DNA from: Pseudomonadales bacterium
GTDB taxonomy: Bacteria > Pseudomonadota > Gammaproteobacteria > Pseudomonadales > UBA7434
Assembly (NCBI GenBank): GCA_028223755.1
Contig: JAOIUY010000009.1
Coordinates: 32,288 to 96,287, forward strand
Length of the DNA: 64,000 nt
Direction: 5' to 3'
The notes beneath the pieces were generated by a model. It saw nothing but the letters and a program-made list of their open reading frames with translations, ran no database searches and was not told the origin of the DNA. The position numbers and the translations under genes were made by a program. The stretch's first letter is position 1. Each line of letters opens with the position of its first letter. Of the stretch, positions 1 to 10,051 are shown one piece after another.

Positions 1-67
1 TGGCGCTCCAGACGAGGCCAATTAAGCCAATGATAAGTGACAGAAGGGCGAGAACAGGTAGCGACAT
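1..67 (-). CDS. 5' end of an unidentified gene leaving the window (hydrophobic N-terminus MSLPVLALLSLIIGLIGLVWSA)
   Basis: Own reverse-strand reading: ATG at 67-65, then 22 stop-free, almost entirely hydrophobic codons to the window edge. No clear Shine-Dalgarno. Too short to identify. Confidence 0.25.
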   Translation of the reverse strand, partial: MSLPVLALLSLIIGLIGLVWSA

Positions 68-481
68 AAAGTTATATCTTGATTATTCAGGGTTAATTGA
101 CGACTTTAAGTCAATACTATTGGTTATCGAGTGCTCGAATATACCGCAAATTTGTCTGGTATTTTGTCTTTGTGGTTTATCGCCTAGGCATGAGAAAATA
201 ATCACTGTTTTCACCTAACCAATAGCTGCCATGCATAATGTCTTTCAATGCAAAGGCGCGACTATACAGCAGGGCTTGGTCATGCTCAATGTGCGGTATT
301 GCTCACTGAGTGATGCGTTTATTTTGTTAGGCTAATTAACCGGTGCAAGTCCAGAGCGTTTTCAACGGGATTATCAGCCATAGGTGCTGTCACAGCATTG
401 CCGCGATGCTTTGTCTTGCGGTTTTTATCAATACAGAGTTTATATACGATCAATACATTGTCGATAAGGGTGGCGTGTTTA

Positions 482-1240
482 ATGAGTCAAAATAAATGGA
501 TGATTTGGGGGTGCTTAGTGGCGGCTCGTCAGAATGTGATAATACTGCTGGTCTCGCTATTGGCTTTTAGTCATGTTTCCGCTAATGCAGAACCCGTGCA
601 AAAGGCGGCAGCTTCTGAGCTGCAAACGGATACGGCCTATCAGGTAGTTGAAACTATCACGACTGAATTGCTGGCGTTGATAGAGGACGCGAAACAATAT
701 GTTGACGAAGACGAAGAGCGATTTTTTAGTGAGCTGGATGTTTTACTACGCCCATTTATTGATTTTCGTTCTTTTGCGCGAGCTGTGATGGGGCGTCATG
801 CGAGCTCTAAAAAAATGGCTTCATTAAATGATATTGAAAGCGGTGAGTTAAATGCGCAAATCGATCGTTTTAGTGAGATTTTTTTAGGCGCTTTAATTCA
901 AACTTACGGCAAGGGCTTGTTAGCTTTTGAAGGCGAAACCATTGAGGTTGTCGTCCCTGAAAAAGGACCAGACACTACTAAGCCGCAACCGAAAAAGGTT
1001 GTCGTCAAACAGTTGATTTATGGCGATCGTCAAACGCCTTATGAAGTAAAGTATTCAATGCGCAAGGATAGCCAAGGGCACTGGCGCTTGCGAAATATGG
1101 TGGTCGAGTCTATTAATCTAGGCAAAATCTATCGCAATCAATTCGATAACGCCTATCAGGTTTACGGGGGTGATATCGATCGTGTCATTGATAATTGGGT
1201 TGTATCGGGTGCGCCCGAAGCGGCCGCAATGAATAATTAA
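482..1240 (+). CDS. mlaC: MlaC/Ttg2D-family periplasmic lipid-binding protein
   Basis: Lies within track ORF 398..1240, which opens with TTG. I prefer the ATG at 482 (MSQNKW...), which gives a signal peptide ending SHVSANA. The body (IDFRSFARAVMGRH..., FLGALIQTYGKGL, HWRLRNMVVESINLGKIYRNQF) matches the MlaC fold family. Position upstream of ibaG-murA is typical. Confidence 0.75.
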   Translation: MSQNKWMIWGCLVAARQNVIILLVSLLAFSHVSANAEPVQKAAASELQTDTAYQVVETITTELLALIEDAKQYVDEDEERFFSELDVLLRPFIDFRSFARAVMGRHASSKKMASLNDIESGELNAQIDRFSEIFLGALIQTYGKGLLAFEGETIEVVVPEKGPDTTKPQPKKVVVKQLIYGDRQTPYEVKYSMRKDSQGHWRLRNMVVESINLGKIYRNQFDNAYQVYGGDIDRVIDNWVVSGAPEAAAMNN

Positions 1241-1340
1241 AATAATGCCGGTTGTGTAGTCAGATGCTGCAATTAACCGGTTTTGGTATTAAACAAGAAA
1301 AAAGAACACGCCTAGCGTGCTTTAATAGAGACCTATCATT

Positions 1341-1577
1341 ATGCAACAAGAAGTTGAACGATTAATACGCGAGCAAATAGCCATTGAGCACTTAGACGTC
1401 GAGATGGCGGGTAATCACTGTACGGTGACTGTCGTGAGTGCTGAGTTTGAAGGTTTATCACCGGTAAAAAAACAGCAGCGTATCTATCAATGCTTAAATG
1501 AAAAAATTGCGTCTGGTGAAATACATGCCGTCAATATCCGTGCATTAACTCCTTCGCAGTGGCAGCCCACTGCTTAA
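1341..1577 (+). CDS. ibaG: BolA-family protein (IbaG/YrbA type)
   Basis: 78 aa. Contains VTVVSAEFEGLSPVKKQQRIYQCLNEKIASGEIHAVNIRALTPSQW, typical of BolA/IbaG. Conserved position immediately upstream of murA. Confidence 0.85.
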   Translation: MQQEVERLIREQIAIEHLDVEMAGNHCTVTVVSAEFEGLSPVKKQQRIYQCLNEKIASGEIHAVNIRALTPSQWQPTA

Positions 1578-1595
1578 TTAAAACTTATAAGATAA

Positions 1596-2894
<1,299 letters not shown>

Positions 2895-2968
2895 TTTTGA
2901 GTGCCTGAGTTAGTTGCTCGGATTAAAGAACCATTGTAATAAGTAAAAACTTTAAGCAAAGAGATCGT

Positions 2969-3598
2969 ATGATTACTATCGCATTAACAAAAGGGCGCAT
3001 ACTAAAAAATACGCTGCCATTATTATCGGCGGCAGGTATTACTCCCGAAGAAGACATTGCCACTAGTCGCAAGTTGGTGTTTGCAACTAATCGCCCCGAT
3101 GTGCAACTGTTAGTGCTTAGAGGCGCTGATGTGTTGACCTATATTCGCTATGGTGCTGCTGATATGGGCGTTGTCGGTAAAGATATGCTGATGGAAGACG
3201 GCGGTTCACATCTTTATGAATTGCATGACTTGGGTATTGCTCGCTGCCGATTGATGACGGCTACGAAAAAGAATGAGGCGGCTACGGCTTATCAGTCGCG
3301 AATTAAGGTCGCGACTAAGTACGTTAATATCGCCCAGCGTTATTATGCCGAGCAAGGTGTGCAAGCGGATATCATTAAGCTTTATGGCGGTATGGAATTA
3401 GCGCCTATTATGGGCTTGGCAGACGAGATAGTGGATATTGTGGATACCGGTAAAACACTGGTAGCCAATGGTTTGCAAGAAGCGAATTTTATTGCCGATA
3501 TTAGCTCGCGTTTAGTTGCTAATAAGGCATCGATGAAAGTGAAGCACGCAGAGCTTAAGATAATCAGTGATGCAATTGCAGCGGCGGTTAATAAATAG
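2969..3598 (+). CDS. hisG: ATP phosphoribosyltransferase, short form (HisZ-dependent type)
   Basis: 209 aa. N-terminus [19 protein letters not shown], plus [14 protein letters not shown]. The length fits the short HisG class, which lacks the C-terminal regulatory domain. Confidence 0.92.
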   Translation: MITIALTKGRILKNTLPLLSAAGITPEEDIATSRKLVFATNRPDVQLLVLRGADVLTYIRYGAADMGVVGKDMLMEDGGSHLYELHDLGIARCRLMTATKKNEAATAYQSRIKVATKYVNIAQRYYAEQGVQADIIKLYGGMELAPIMGLADEIVDIVDTGKTLVANGLQEANFIADISSRLVANKASMKVKHAELKIISDAIAAAVNK

Positions 3599-3600
3599 TG

Positions 3601-4953
3601 ATGTCTAACACTTCAACTCAATCTTTGTCTGTACGTCGCCTCTGTGCTGACAGTAGCGACTTTGCTGAAGAATTAGCAGCGTTGACTGCTTGGTCAGCCG
3701 TTGCTGATGAGGCTTTAGATAAGACGGTGCGTGACATTTTGCAGTGTGTGCGAACGCAGGGCGATAGTGCCGTCGTTGAATTCACGGCTAAATTTGATCG
3801 ATTTCCTGTAGCGTCAATGGCTGAGCTAACGATTAGTCGCGAGACTATCCAGCAAGCTTTAGCTGATATCGATCCCGCCATTCGCCAAGCGTTAGAGCAA
3901 GCCGCGCAAAGAATCGATACTTTTCATCAGTGTCAAAAGCAGGCGTCTTGGCAGTATACGGATGAGACGGGCACCTTGCTGGGCCAGAAGGTTACGCCTT
4001 TACAGCGAGTCGGTATTTATGTGCCCGGTGGTAAGGCTGCTTATCCATCAAGTGTGTTGATGAATGCTATTCCAGCCAAAGTGGCAGGCGTTAAGCAGAT
4101 TATTATGGTGACACCGACACCTGCAGGTGAGGTTAACCAAACCGTATTAGCGGCGGCGGCTGTGGCGGGCGTTGATACCATTTTTAGTATTGGTGGTGCT
4201 CAAGCTGTAGCGGCACTGGCTTATGGTACTGAGAGTATTCCACGCGTTGATAAAATTGTTGGCCCAGGAAATCGCTTTGTTGCCTGTGCGAAAAAAATGG
4301 TTTTTGGTGATGTTGGCTTGGATATGTTGGCGGGGCCGTCTGAAATTTTAGTGATTTGCGATGGTAAAACCGACCCTGATTGGATTGCGATGGATTTGTT
4401 TTCGCAAGCTGAGCATGATGAAGATGCGCAGGCATTATTAATTTCACCCGATCAAGATTTCCTAGATGCCGTTGAGGCTAGCATGAATCAATTGCTACCT
4501 TCGTTAGAGCGTCGCGATATTATTGAGCGTTCAATTAATTCGCGCGCAGCGTTTATTTTGGTCGATGACTTAGCGCAGGCAATGACAGTATCTAATGCGA
4601 TTGCGCCCGAGCATTTGGAATTATCAATTGATAATCCTGAGCAGTGGCTGGATGCGATTGATCATGCCGGTGCTATATTTATGGGTCGCCACACACCAGA
4701 GGCTGTCGGTGATTACTGTGCAGGCCCAAATCACGTTTTACCTACGTCGACAACGGCGCGATTTGCCTCGCCGCTGGGTGTTTATGATTTTCAAAAGCGC
4801 AGTTCGTTAATTCAGTGTTCGGCGCAGTCATCGGCGAATATTGGCCAAATTGCATCAGTATTAGCGCGTAGCGAATCACTGACTGCTCACGCTCGTTCGG
4901 CAGAATTTCGAGTGGCGGCAGAAGAATTGCGTACAACAAAGAAAAAATCTTAA
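3601..4953 (+). CDS. hisD: Histidinol dehydrogenase
   Basis: The track ORF starts at GTG 3598; the adjacent ATG at 3601 is more likely. Motifs [10 protein letters not shown] and [13 protein letters not shown]. Located between hisG and hisC. Confidence 0.95.
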   Translation: MSNTSTQSLSVRRLCADSSDFAEELAALTAWSAVADEALDKTVRDILQCVRTQGDSAVVEFTAKFDRFPVASMAELTISRETIQQALADIDPAIRQALEQAAQRIDTFHQCQKQASWQYTDETGTLLGQKVTPLQRVGIYVPGGKAAYPSSVLMNAIPAKVAGVKQIIMVTPTPAGEVNQTVLAAAAVAGVDTIFSIGGAQAVAALAYGTESIPRVDKIVGPGNRFVACAKKMVFGDVGLDMLAGPSEILVICDGKTDPDWIAMDLFSQAEHDEDAQALLISPDQDFLDAVEASMNQLLPSLERRDIIERSINSRAAFILVDDLAQAMTVSNAIAPEHLELSIDNPEQWLDAIDHAGAIFMGRHTPEAVGDYCAGPNHVLPTSTTARFASPLGVYDFQKRSSLIQCSAQSSANIGQIASVLARSESLTAHARSAEFRVAAEELRTTKKKS

Positions 4954-4979
4954 TTAGCGTTTTTTAAAAGCAGTGTGTT

Positions 4980-6104
4980 ATGAAAAAAACAAATGATAAT
5001 GCTTCGCTTTGGAGTCCATTAGTTAATGGGCTCGATCCCTACGTGCCTGGTGAGCAGCCGGCGACAGAGGGTTTAATTAAGCTCAATACCAATGAAAGCC
5101 CTTATCCACCATCACCACAAGCGTTAGCAGCTATCGCTGATGCGGCTGGCGATAAGCTACGTTTGTACCCTGATCCAGAATCCTCGCGCCTAAAAGCGAC
5201 GATCGCTGATTATTTTGCGGTTGAGTCAGAGAATGTTTTTGTCGGTAACGGTTCAGATGAGGTTTTAGCGCATGCCTTTAATGCCTTTTTTCGACAAGAT
5301 AAGCCCATCTTGTTTCCAGATCTGACTTACAGTTTCTATCCTGTTTACTGTCAGCTCTACAATATCGATTATCAGTTAACGCCTTTAAATGCTGATTTTG
5401 AAATTGATATAGCCGATTATAAAGTACCTAACGGTGGGATTATTTTTCCTAACCCCAATGCCCCAACAGCCATTGGTTTAGTACGTCAGTCGATTATTGA
5501 TTTGCTTGAGGCCAACCCTGATTCGGTGGTGATTGTCGATGAGGCCTATATTGATTATGCCCAGCGCTCTAATGCTGAGATAACGGCAGACAGTGTCGCT
5601 TCGGTTGTTGATTTAGTTCAGCAATACAATAACCTACTTGTGGTGCACACCTTATCGAAATCGCGAGCTTTTGCGGGGATGCGAATTGGCTACGCTATTG
5701 GCCACCCACACTTAATTGATGGTTTGCAGCGCGTTAAAAATAGTTTTAATTCTTATCCTGTTGATCGCCTGGCAGAAATAGCTGCGATTGCTAGCTTTCA
5801 AGATGAGTCTTATTTTCAGTCGACAAAGGATAAGGTCATTGCCAGTCGTCAGTTGTTGGTCGATGGGCTTGAAGCCTTAAATTTTGATTGCCTGCCATCT
5901 TCAGCTAATTTTGTTTTAGTGACGCAGAATAACCTCAATGCTAAACAGCTTGCCGAGCAGCTGCGTGAGCACAAAATTATTGTGCGGTATTTTGCTACGC
6001 CGCGCATCGCCGAGTTTATCCGAATTACCATTGGGACCGAGGAGCAAAATCAACAGTTGCTCGCGGTGGTTAGCGACCTTCTTTCAAATAACGTAAAGAT
6101 CTAA
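4980..6104 (+). CDS. hisC: Histidinol-phosphate aminotransferase
   Basis: 374 aa. Contains [12 protein letters not shown] and the PLP-lysine segment [17 protein letters not shown]. Confidence 0.93.
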   Translation: MKKTNDNASLWSPLVNGLDPYVPGEQPATEGLIKLNTNESPYPPSPQALAAIADAAGDKLRLYPDPESSRLKATIADYFAVESENVFVGNGSDEVLAHAFNAFFRQDKPILFPDLTYSFYPVYCQLYNIDYQLTPLNADFEIDIADYKVPNGGIIFPNPNAPTAIGLVRQSIIDLLEANPDSVVIVDEAYIDYAQRSNAEITADSVASVVDLVQQYNNLLVVHTLSKSRAFAGMRIGYAIGHPHLIDGLQRVKNSFNSYPVDRLAEIAAIASFQDESYFQSTKDKVIASRQLLVDGLEALNFDCLPSSANFVLVTQNNLNAKQLAEQLREHKIIVRYFATPRIAEFIRITIGTEEQNQQLLAVVSDLLSNNVKI

Positions 6105-6141
6105 ATATTTTTTTTTATAGTCAATAAAAATATATTACCCG

Positions 6142-6178
6142 CCAAACTTAATGTAGCACATTAAGTTTGGATTTTAGT
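6142..6178 (+). terminator. Rho-independent terminator after hisC
   Basis: Perfect 12-bp stem: CCAAACTTAATG (6142-6153) pairs with CATTAAGTTTGG (6159-6170). 5-nt loop, then ATTTTAGTT. Confidence 0.7.
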
Positions 6179-6280
6179 TGTATGTATTCACTTCAAAAGC
6201 TTAAAATTAGCTTAGTGTCACTCCCTCAATACCTGTATTAACTAATTGATTTATATAATAAAAATAGTACTCAACAGTGC

Positions 6281-6309
6281 TTGCATACGGCCCTTAGTCG
6301 CACTATAGT
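6281..6309 (+). promoter_or_regulatory. Sigma70-type promoter of the dcw cluster (Pmra equivalent)
   Basis: TTGCAT (6281-6286), exactly 17 bp of spacer, then TATAGT (6304-6309). Sits about 150 bp upstream of mraZ. Confidence 0.65.
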
Positions 6310-6341
6310 GTGTGAATGTGGCGCAAAGTGGTGATTTGTGG
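6308..6341 (+). promoter_or_regulatory. Direct GTGG/GTGT repeats at 10-bp phasing (MraZ-operator-like)
   Basis: GTGT at 6308 and GTGG at 6318, 6328 and 6338. These are four copies exactly 10 bp apart, overlapping and following the -10 box. MraZ is known to bind phased GTGG-type direct repeats at its own promoter. Confidence 0.6.
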
Positions 6342-6381
6342 AGGAAATACAGGTTTCCAGGCCCAAAATTAAGGCATATTC

Positions 6382-6411
6382 AGCCGGATACTCCAACCGG
6401 CTATTTTTTTT
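6382..6411 (+). terminator. Terminator-like hairpin plus T8 inside the mraZ leader
   Basis: AGCCGG (6382-6387) pairs with CCGGCT (6397-6402) across a 9-nt loop, followed by A and TTTTTTTT (6404-6411). Lies between the predicted promoter and the mraZ start codon. Confidence 0.4.
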
Positions 6412-6461
6412 GAATAAAGCCTATCCAAATTGAGTGATTAATCAGCAGTTGAGGCAGTAAA

Positions 6462-6914
6462 TTGTTTAGAGGTGTCAATTCCATCAACATGGATGCCAAG
6501 GGCCGAATTGCGATGCCGAGCAAGTATCGCGATCGTCTTGTGGATGCCTGTGCTGGTCGATTGGTTGCCACTATTCACCTGCAAGTGAAATGCCTACTGA
6601 TTTATCCCTTGCCAATCTGGGAAGAGATCGAACAAGAAATTCAAGAACTCCCTACTTTAAAACCTGAAGTCGGTCGCCTCCAGCGATTGCTGTTGGGTTA
6701 TGCCTCAGATATTGATCTTGATGGCAACGGCCGTTTGTTATTACCCAGCGCATTAAGAACGCATGCCGGCCTCGATAAAAAAGTGGTGCTTGTTGGGCAG
6801 GGCAAAAAACTTGAGCTTTGGAGTGAGTCTGCTTGGGATGCTGAGAGAGAAAGTGGTTTGGGTCAGGCGGCGGATCAGCCATTACCTGAAGAGCTATTTA
6901 CGATTTCGCTTTAA
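6462..6914 (+). CDS. mraZ: Transcriptional regulator MraZ
   Basis: 150 aa. TTG start preceded by GAGG (6451-6454). The conserved N-terminus MFRGVNSINMDAKGRIAMP forces this start. The second DxxGR motif (DGNGRLLLP) is present. Confidence 0.93.
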   Translation: MFRGVNSINMDAKGRIAMPSKYRDRLVDACAGRLVATIHLQVKCLLIYPLPIWEEIEQEIQELPTLKPEVGRLQRLLLGYASDIDLDGNGRLLLPSALRTHAGLDKKVVLVGQGKKLELWSESAWDAERESGLGQAADQPLPEELFTISL

Positions 6915-7867
6915 TGGCATCTAACGAGACGAATGAGCGGGCAGTTTTAGAGCACAAAGCTGTTTTAGATATTGCGACAGTCGATGGATGGTTTACGGAT
7001 CCCGATGGGATTTACATCGACGGTACTTTTGGTCGCGGTGGTCATAGTCGATTGCTGTTAGAGCGACTATCGAGCGAAGGGCAGTTACTGGTGGTTGATC
7101 GCGATCCAGAAGCGATTTTGGTTGCTGAGCAGCTAGCCAAAGAATTTAAACAAGTCTCCGTCGCGCAAAGCGATTTTGCGCAAATGGAGCAGTTAGTGAT
7201 TGATCGGCAGTGGCAGGGCAAGGTTACCGGTATTTTATTAGACCTTGGCGTTTCATCACCACAGCTGGATGCGGCAGAGCGCGGCTTTAGTTTTATGCGT
7301 GATGGCGATTTGGATATGCGTATGGACCCTAATTCGGGTCAGAGTGCGGCGCAGTGGTTAGCTGTTGCTGAGGTTGATGAAATACGAGACGTTTTGCGTC
7401 AATACGGCGAAGAGAAATTTGCAACACGTATCGCCAGAGCGATTATTGAAACTCGAACTGAAACACCGATAACAACAACACATCAGTTCGCGACCATTAT
7501 TGATAATGCTATGCCGTTTGTAGAGAAGGGCAAGCATCCAGCGACACGAAGCTTTCAAGCTGTGCGCATACACGTTAACCAAGAGCTTCAACAGCTTAAA
7601 AGCTTTTTGGAGGGCAGTGTGGAGTTGCTTGGTCATGGTGGGCGTTTAGCCATTATCAGCTTCCACTCATTGGAAGATCGTATCGTTAAACGTTTTATTC
7701 GCGATCAAGTCAATGGCGATCGGCTACCGAGTTTTGTGCCGGTTCGCGATGATGATTTGAATCGACGCATGAAAATGGTTGTTAAAGCTGGCAAGGCGAG
7801 TGATGAAGAGGTTAAAGATAACCCGCGTTCACGCAGTGCCATATTACGAGTCGCGGAGCGCTTGTAG
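6914..7867 (+). CDS. rsmH: 16S rRNA (cytosine1402-N4)-methyltransferase
   Basis: 317 aa. Contains DGTFGRGGHS and ISFHSLEDRIVKRF. Start overlaps the mraZ stop. Confidence 0.95.
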   Translation: MASNETNERAVLEHKAVLDIATVDGWFTDPDGIYIDGTFGRGGHSRLLLERLSSEGQLLVVDRDPEAILVAEQLAKEFKQVSVAQSDFAQMEQLVIDRQWQGKVTGILLDLGVSSPQLDAAERGFSFMRDGDLDMRMDPNSGQSAAQWLAVAEVDEIRDVLRQYGEEKFATRIARAIIETRTETPITTTHQFATIIDNAMPFVEKGKHPATRSFQAVRIHVNQELQQLKSFLEGSVELLGHGGRLAIISFHSLEDRIVKRFIRDQVNGDRLPSFVPVRDDDLNRRMKMVVKAGKASDEEVKDNPRSRSAILRVAERL

Positions 7868-7931
7868 TAAAAAGAAAAATAGGGCGCGGTTAACGCGTTA
7901 AAAAAACGAATCTGAGGGGATTCAATTAATT

Positions 7932-8255
7932 ATGTCTGCGCTGGGCTTGTCACATCGACATCTTCGTATAGCCGCTTTGCTGCTTTTTATTGTCACGCTG
8001 TCTGCGCTTGCTGTCGTGCACACGTCATTTAAAAATCGCCAGCTCTTCATCGAATTGCAAGCCTTGCAAAATGAGGCAACCCAGCAGCAAGTCAAGTTGG
8101 GTCGTTTGCTCCTAGAAGAAAGTACATGGTCGTCATTAGCAGCGATTGAATATGCTGCAAGTACACAATTATCAATGGCTGTTCCTCAGCCAAATCAGTT
8201 AGTTGTTATCTCAGCGCGTGATCGGCGGTTTGTCAGCCAGCAGGTTAGTCGTTGA
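7932..8255 (+). CDS. ftsL: Cell division protein FtsL
   Basis: 107 aa bitopic protein: a short N-terminus, one TM helix (IAALLLFIVTLSALAVV) and a coiled-coil-like periplasmic part. Canonical position between rsmH and ftsI. Confidence 0.85.
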   Translation: MSALGLSHRHLRIAALLLFIVTLSALAVVHTSFKNRQLFIELQALQNEATQQQVKLGRLLLEESTWSSLAAIEYAASTQLSMAVPQPNQLVVISARDRRFVSQQVSR

Positions 8256-10051
8256 TGAATAATGCTAATCGCTTTAATAAATGGTCGTGGCGGGTCTATC
8301 CGCTTTGGCTTTTATTAGCGATAGCATTGGTAGCAATAGTTATTCGTCTAGGTCAGTTACAAGTTGTTGATAGTGAGCGCGGTCGTCAGTTTTTGCAGCA
8401 GCAGGGTGATGCGCGAGTATTACGTACAGAAAAAATTGCTGCCAGTCGTGGCGAAATTGTCGATCGTAATGGTGAGTTGCTTGCCTTTAGCACGCCGGTT
8501 AAATCGATTTGGGCTAATCCATCGCTTATCGACAACAGTGATGCGGCGATTCAGCGATTAGCGTCATCGCTGGCGATGAGTGAAAGCGCACTGCGTAAAA
8601 GACTTTTAAGTAATGCGCAATTTGTTTATTTAAAACGACAGCTCGATCCACAAAAAGCCGAGCGCATTCGCGCACAAAAATTTGAAGGCATATTCTTTGA
8701 AACGGAATACAAGCGATTTTACCCAGCGGGTGAAGTTGCTGCTCATCTTGTTGGTTTTACCGGTGTTGATCATCACGGTCAAGAGGGTATTGAACTTTCC
8801 TATGACAGTTTGCTGACAGCAGAGGCTGGTGCTAAGCAGGTGATGAAAAATGCTCACCATGAAGTGATTAAGGATATTAAGTTAGTTAAAGCGGCAACCG
8901 AAGGGCAGCGTTTAGCCTTATCGATTGATATGCGTTTGCAATATATAGCGTATCGCGAACTCAAAGCCGCAGTGGCAAGCCACAAAGCGAAATCGGGTTC
9001 GTTAGTTATTCTTGATGCTCAATCGGGTGAGGTATTAGCGCTCGTTAATCAACCCTCCTATAACGCTAATGACCGTCGTCAGTTAGTGCCAGAAAACATG
9101 CGCAATCGCGCCTTAATTGATTTGTTTGAGCCAGGGTCAACCGTTAAGCCGTTTACCGTTATGGCTGCCTTAGAATCGGGTGACTTTGATCATTCAACCA
9201 TTATCGATACAAGCACAGGGTTTTTAAAGCTGGGCGGTAATACTGTTCTTGATAGCAAAGACTATGGCAAAATTGATCTTGCAACTGTGCTTAGTAAGTC
9301 GAGCAATGTCGGTACAAGTAAAATTGCATTGGATCTTGATATTAATGAAATGCAAAGTTTATTTGCTCGTGCGGGTTTGGGTGAGTACTGCGCTACAGGT
9401 TTTCCGGGTGAGCAGGCAGGCTATTTACCTAACCATCAAGACTGGGCAGATATACAAAAAGCTACGCTCTCTTTTGGTCATGGCTTGTCAGTGAATGCTG
9501 TCCAGTTGGCGCGCGCTTATGCGGTAATTGCCAATGACGGTATAAAGCAACCAGTGAGCTTATTAAAGCTGAGTGATGAAGAGCGCTTAGCCAGAACGGA
9601 TATACGTTCTGCTGAACGTGTGATTTCTGCCAGTGTGACGCGCGAAGTGAGAGAGATGATGAAAGCCGTCGTCGAAAAGGGCGGCACGGGTACGCAAGCT
9701 CGTATCGCAGGTTACAGTGTGGCGGGGAAAACAGGCACGGCGCATAAAGTCGGTGCTTCCGGTTACGAGGCTAGCCGATACCGTTCTACTTTTGCCGGTA
9801 TGGTGCCAGCTACAGCGCCTAAGTTGGTCGCTGTTGTCACAATTAATGATCCTAGTGGTGAAAAATATTACGGTGGCGAAATTGCGGCTCCCGTTTTTTC
9901 GCGCGTTATGCAATCGGCATTGCGTTTAATGAATATCACGCCTGATCGCCTGCATGAGTTTGGTGATCAGAGTCGCGAGCATGCAGAAGTAACGGTGGCT
10001 CCTGCTAACGCTGAAATGATCTCGGTGCGAGAACAGCATGGAAGCGTTTAA
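8255..10051 (+). CDS. ftsI: Peptidoglycan D,D-transpeptidase FtsI (PBP3)
   Basis: The ATG at 8255 overlaps the ftsL stop (the track offers TTG at 8252). Penicillin-binding motifs STVKP, SSN and KTGT are present. Confidence 0.95.
   Translation: MNNANRFNKWSWRVYPLWLLLAIALVAIVIRLGQLQVVDSERGRQFLQQQGDARVLRTEKIAASRGEIVDRNGELLAFSTPVKSIWANPSLIDNSDAAIQRLASSLAMSESALRKRLLSNAQFVYLKRQLDPQKAERIRAQKFEGIFFETEYKRFYPAGEVAAHLVGFTGVDHHGQEGIELSYDSLLTAEAGAKQVMKNAHHEVIKDIKLVKAATEGQRLALSIDMRLQYIAYRELKAAVASHKAKSGSLVILDAQSGEVLALVNQPSYNANDRRQLVPENMRNRALIDLFEPGSTVKPFTVMAALESGDFDHSTIIDTSTGFLKLGGNTVLDSKDYGKIDLATVLSKSSNVGTSKIALDLDINEMQSLFARAGLGEYCATGFPGEQAGYLPNHQDWADIQKATLSFGHGLSVNAVQLARAYAVIANDGIKQPVSLLKLSDEERLARTDIRSAERVISASVTREVREMMKAVVEKGGTGTQARIAGYSVAGKTGTAHKVGASGYEASRYRSTFAGMVPATAPKLVAVVTINDPSGEKYYGGEIAAPVFSRVMQSALRLMNITPDRLHEFGDQSREHAEVTVAPANAEMISVREQHGSV

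Noticed and set aside
30-218. 62-aa plus-strand ORF at the left edge
   Set aside because: No ribosome-binding site and no recognisable family. It overlaps the 5' end of the more plausible minus-strand gene start (1-67) and its upstream region. Most likely a chance ORF in AT-rich DNA.
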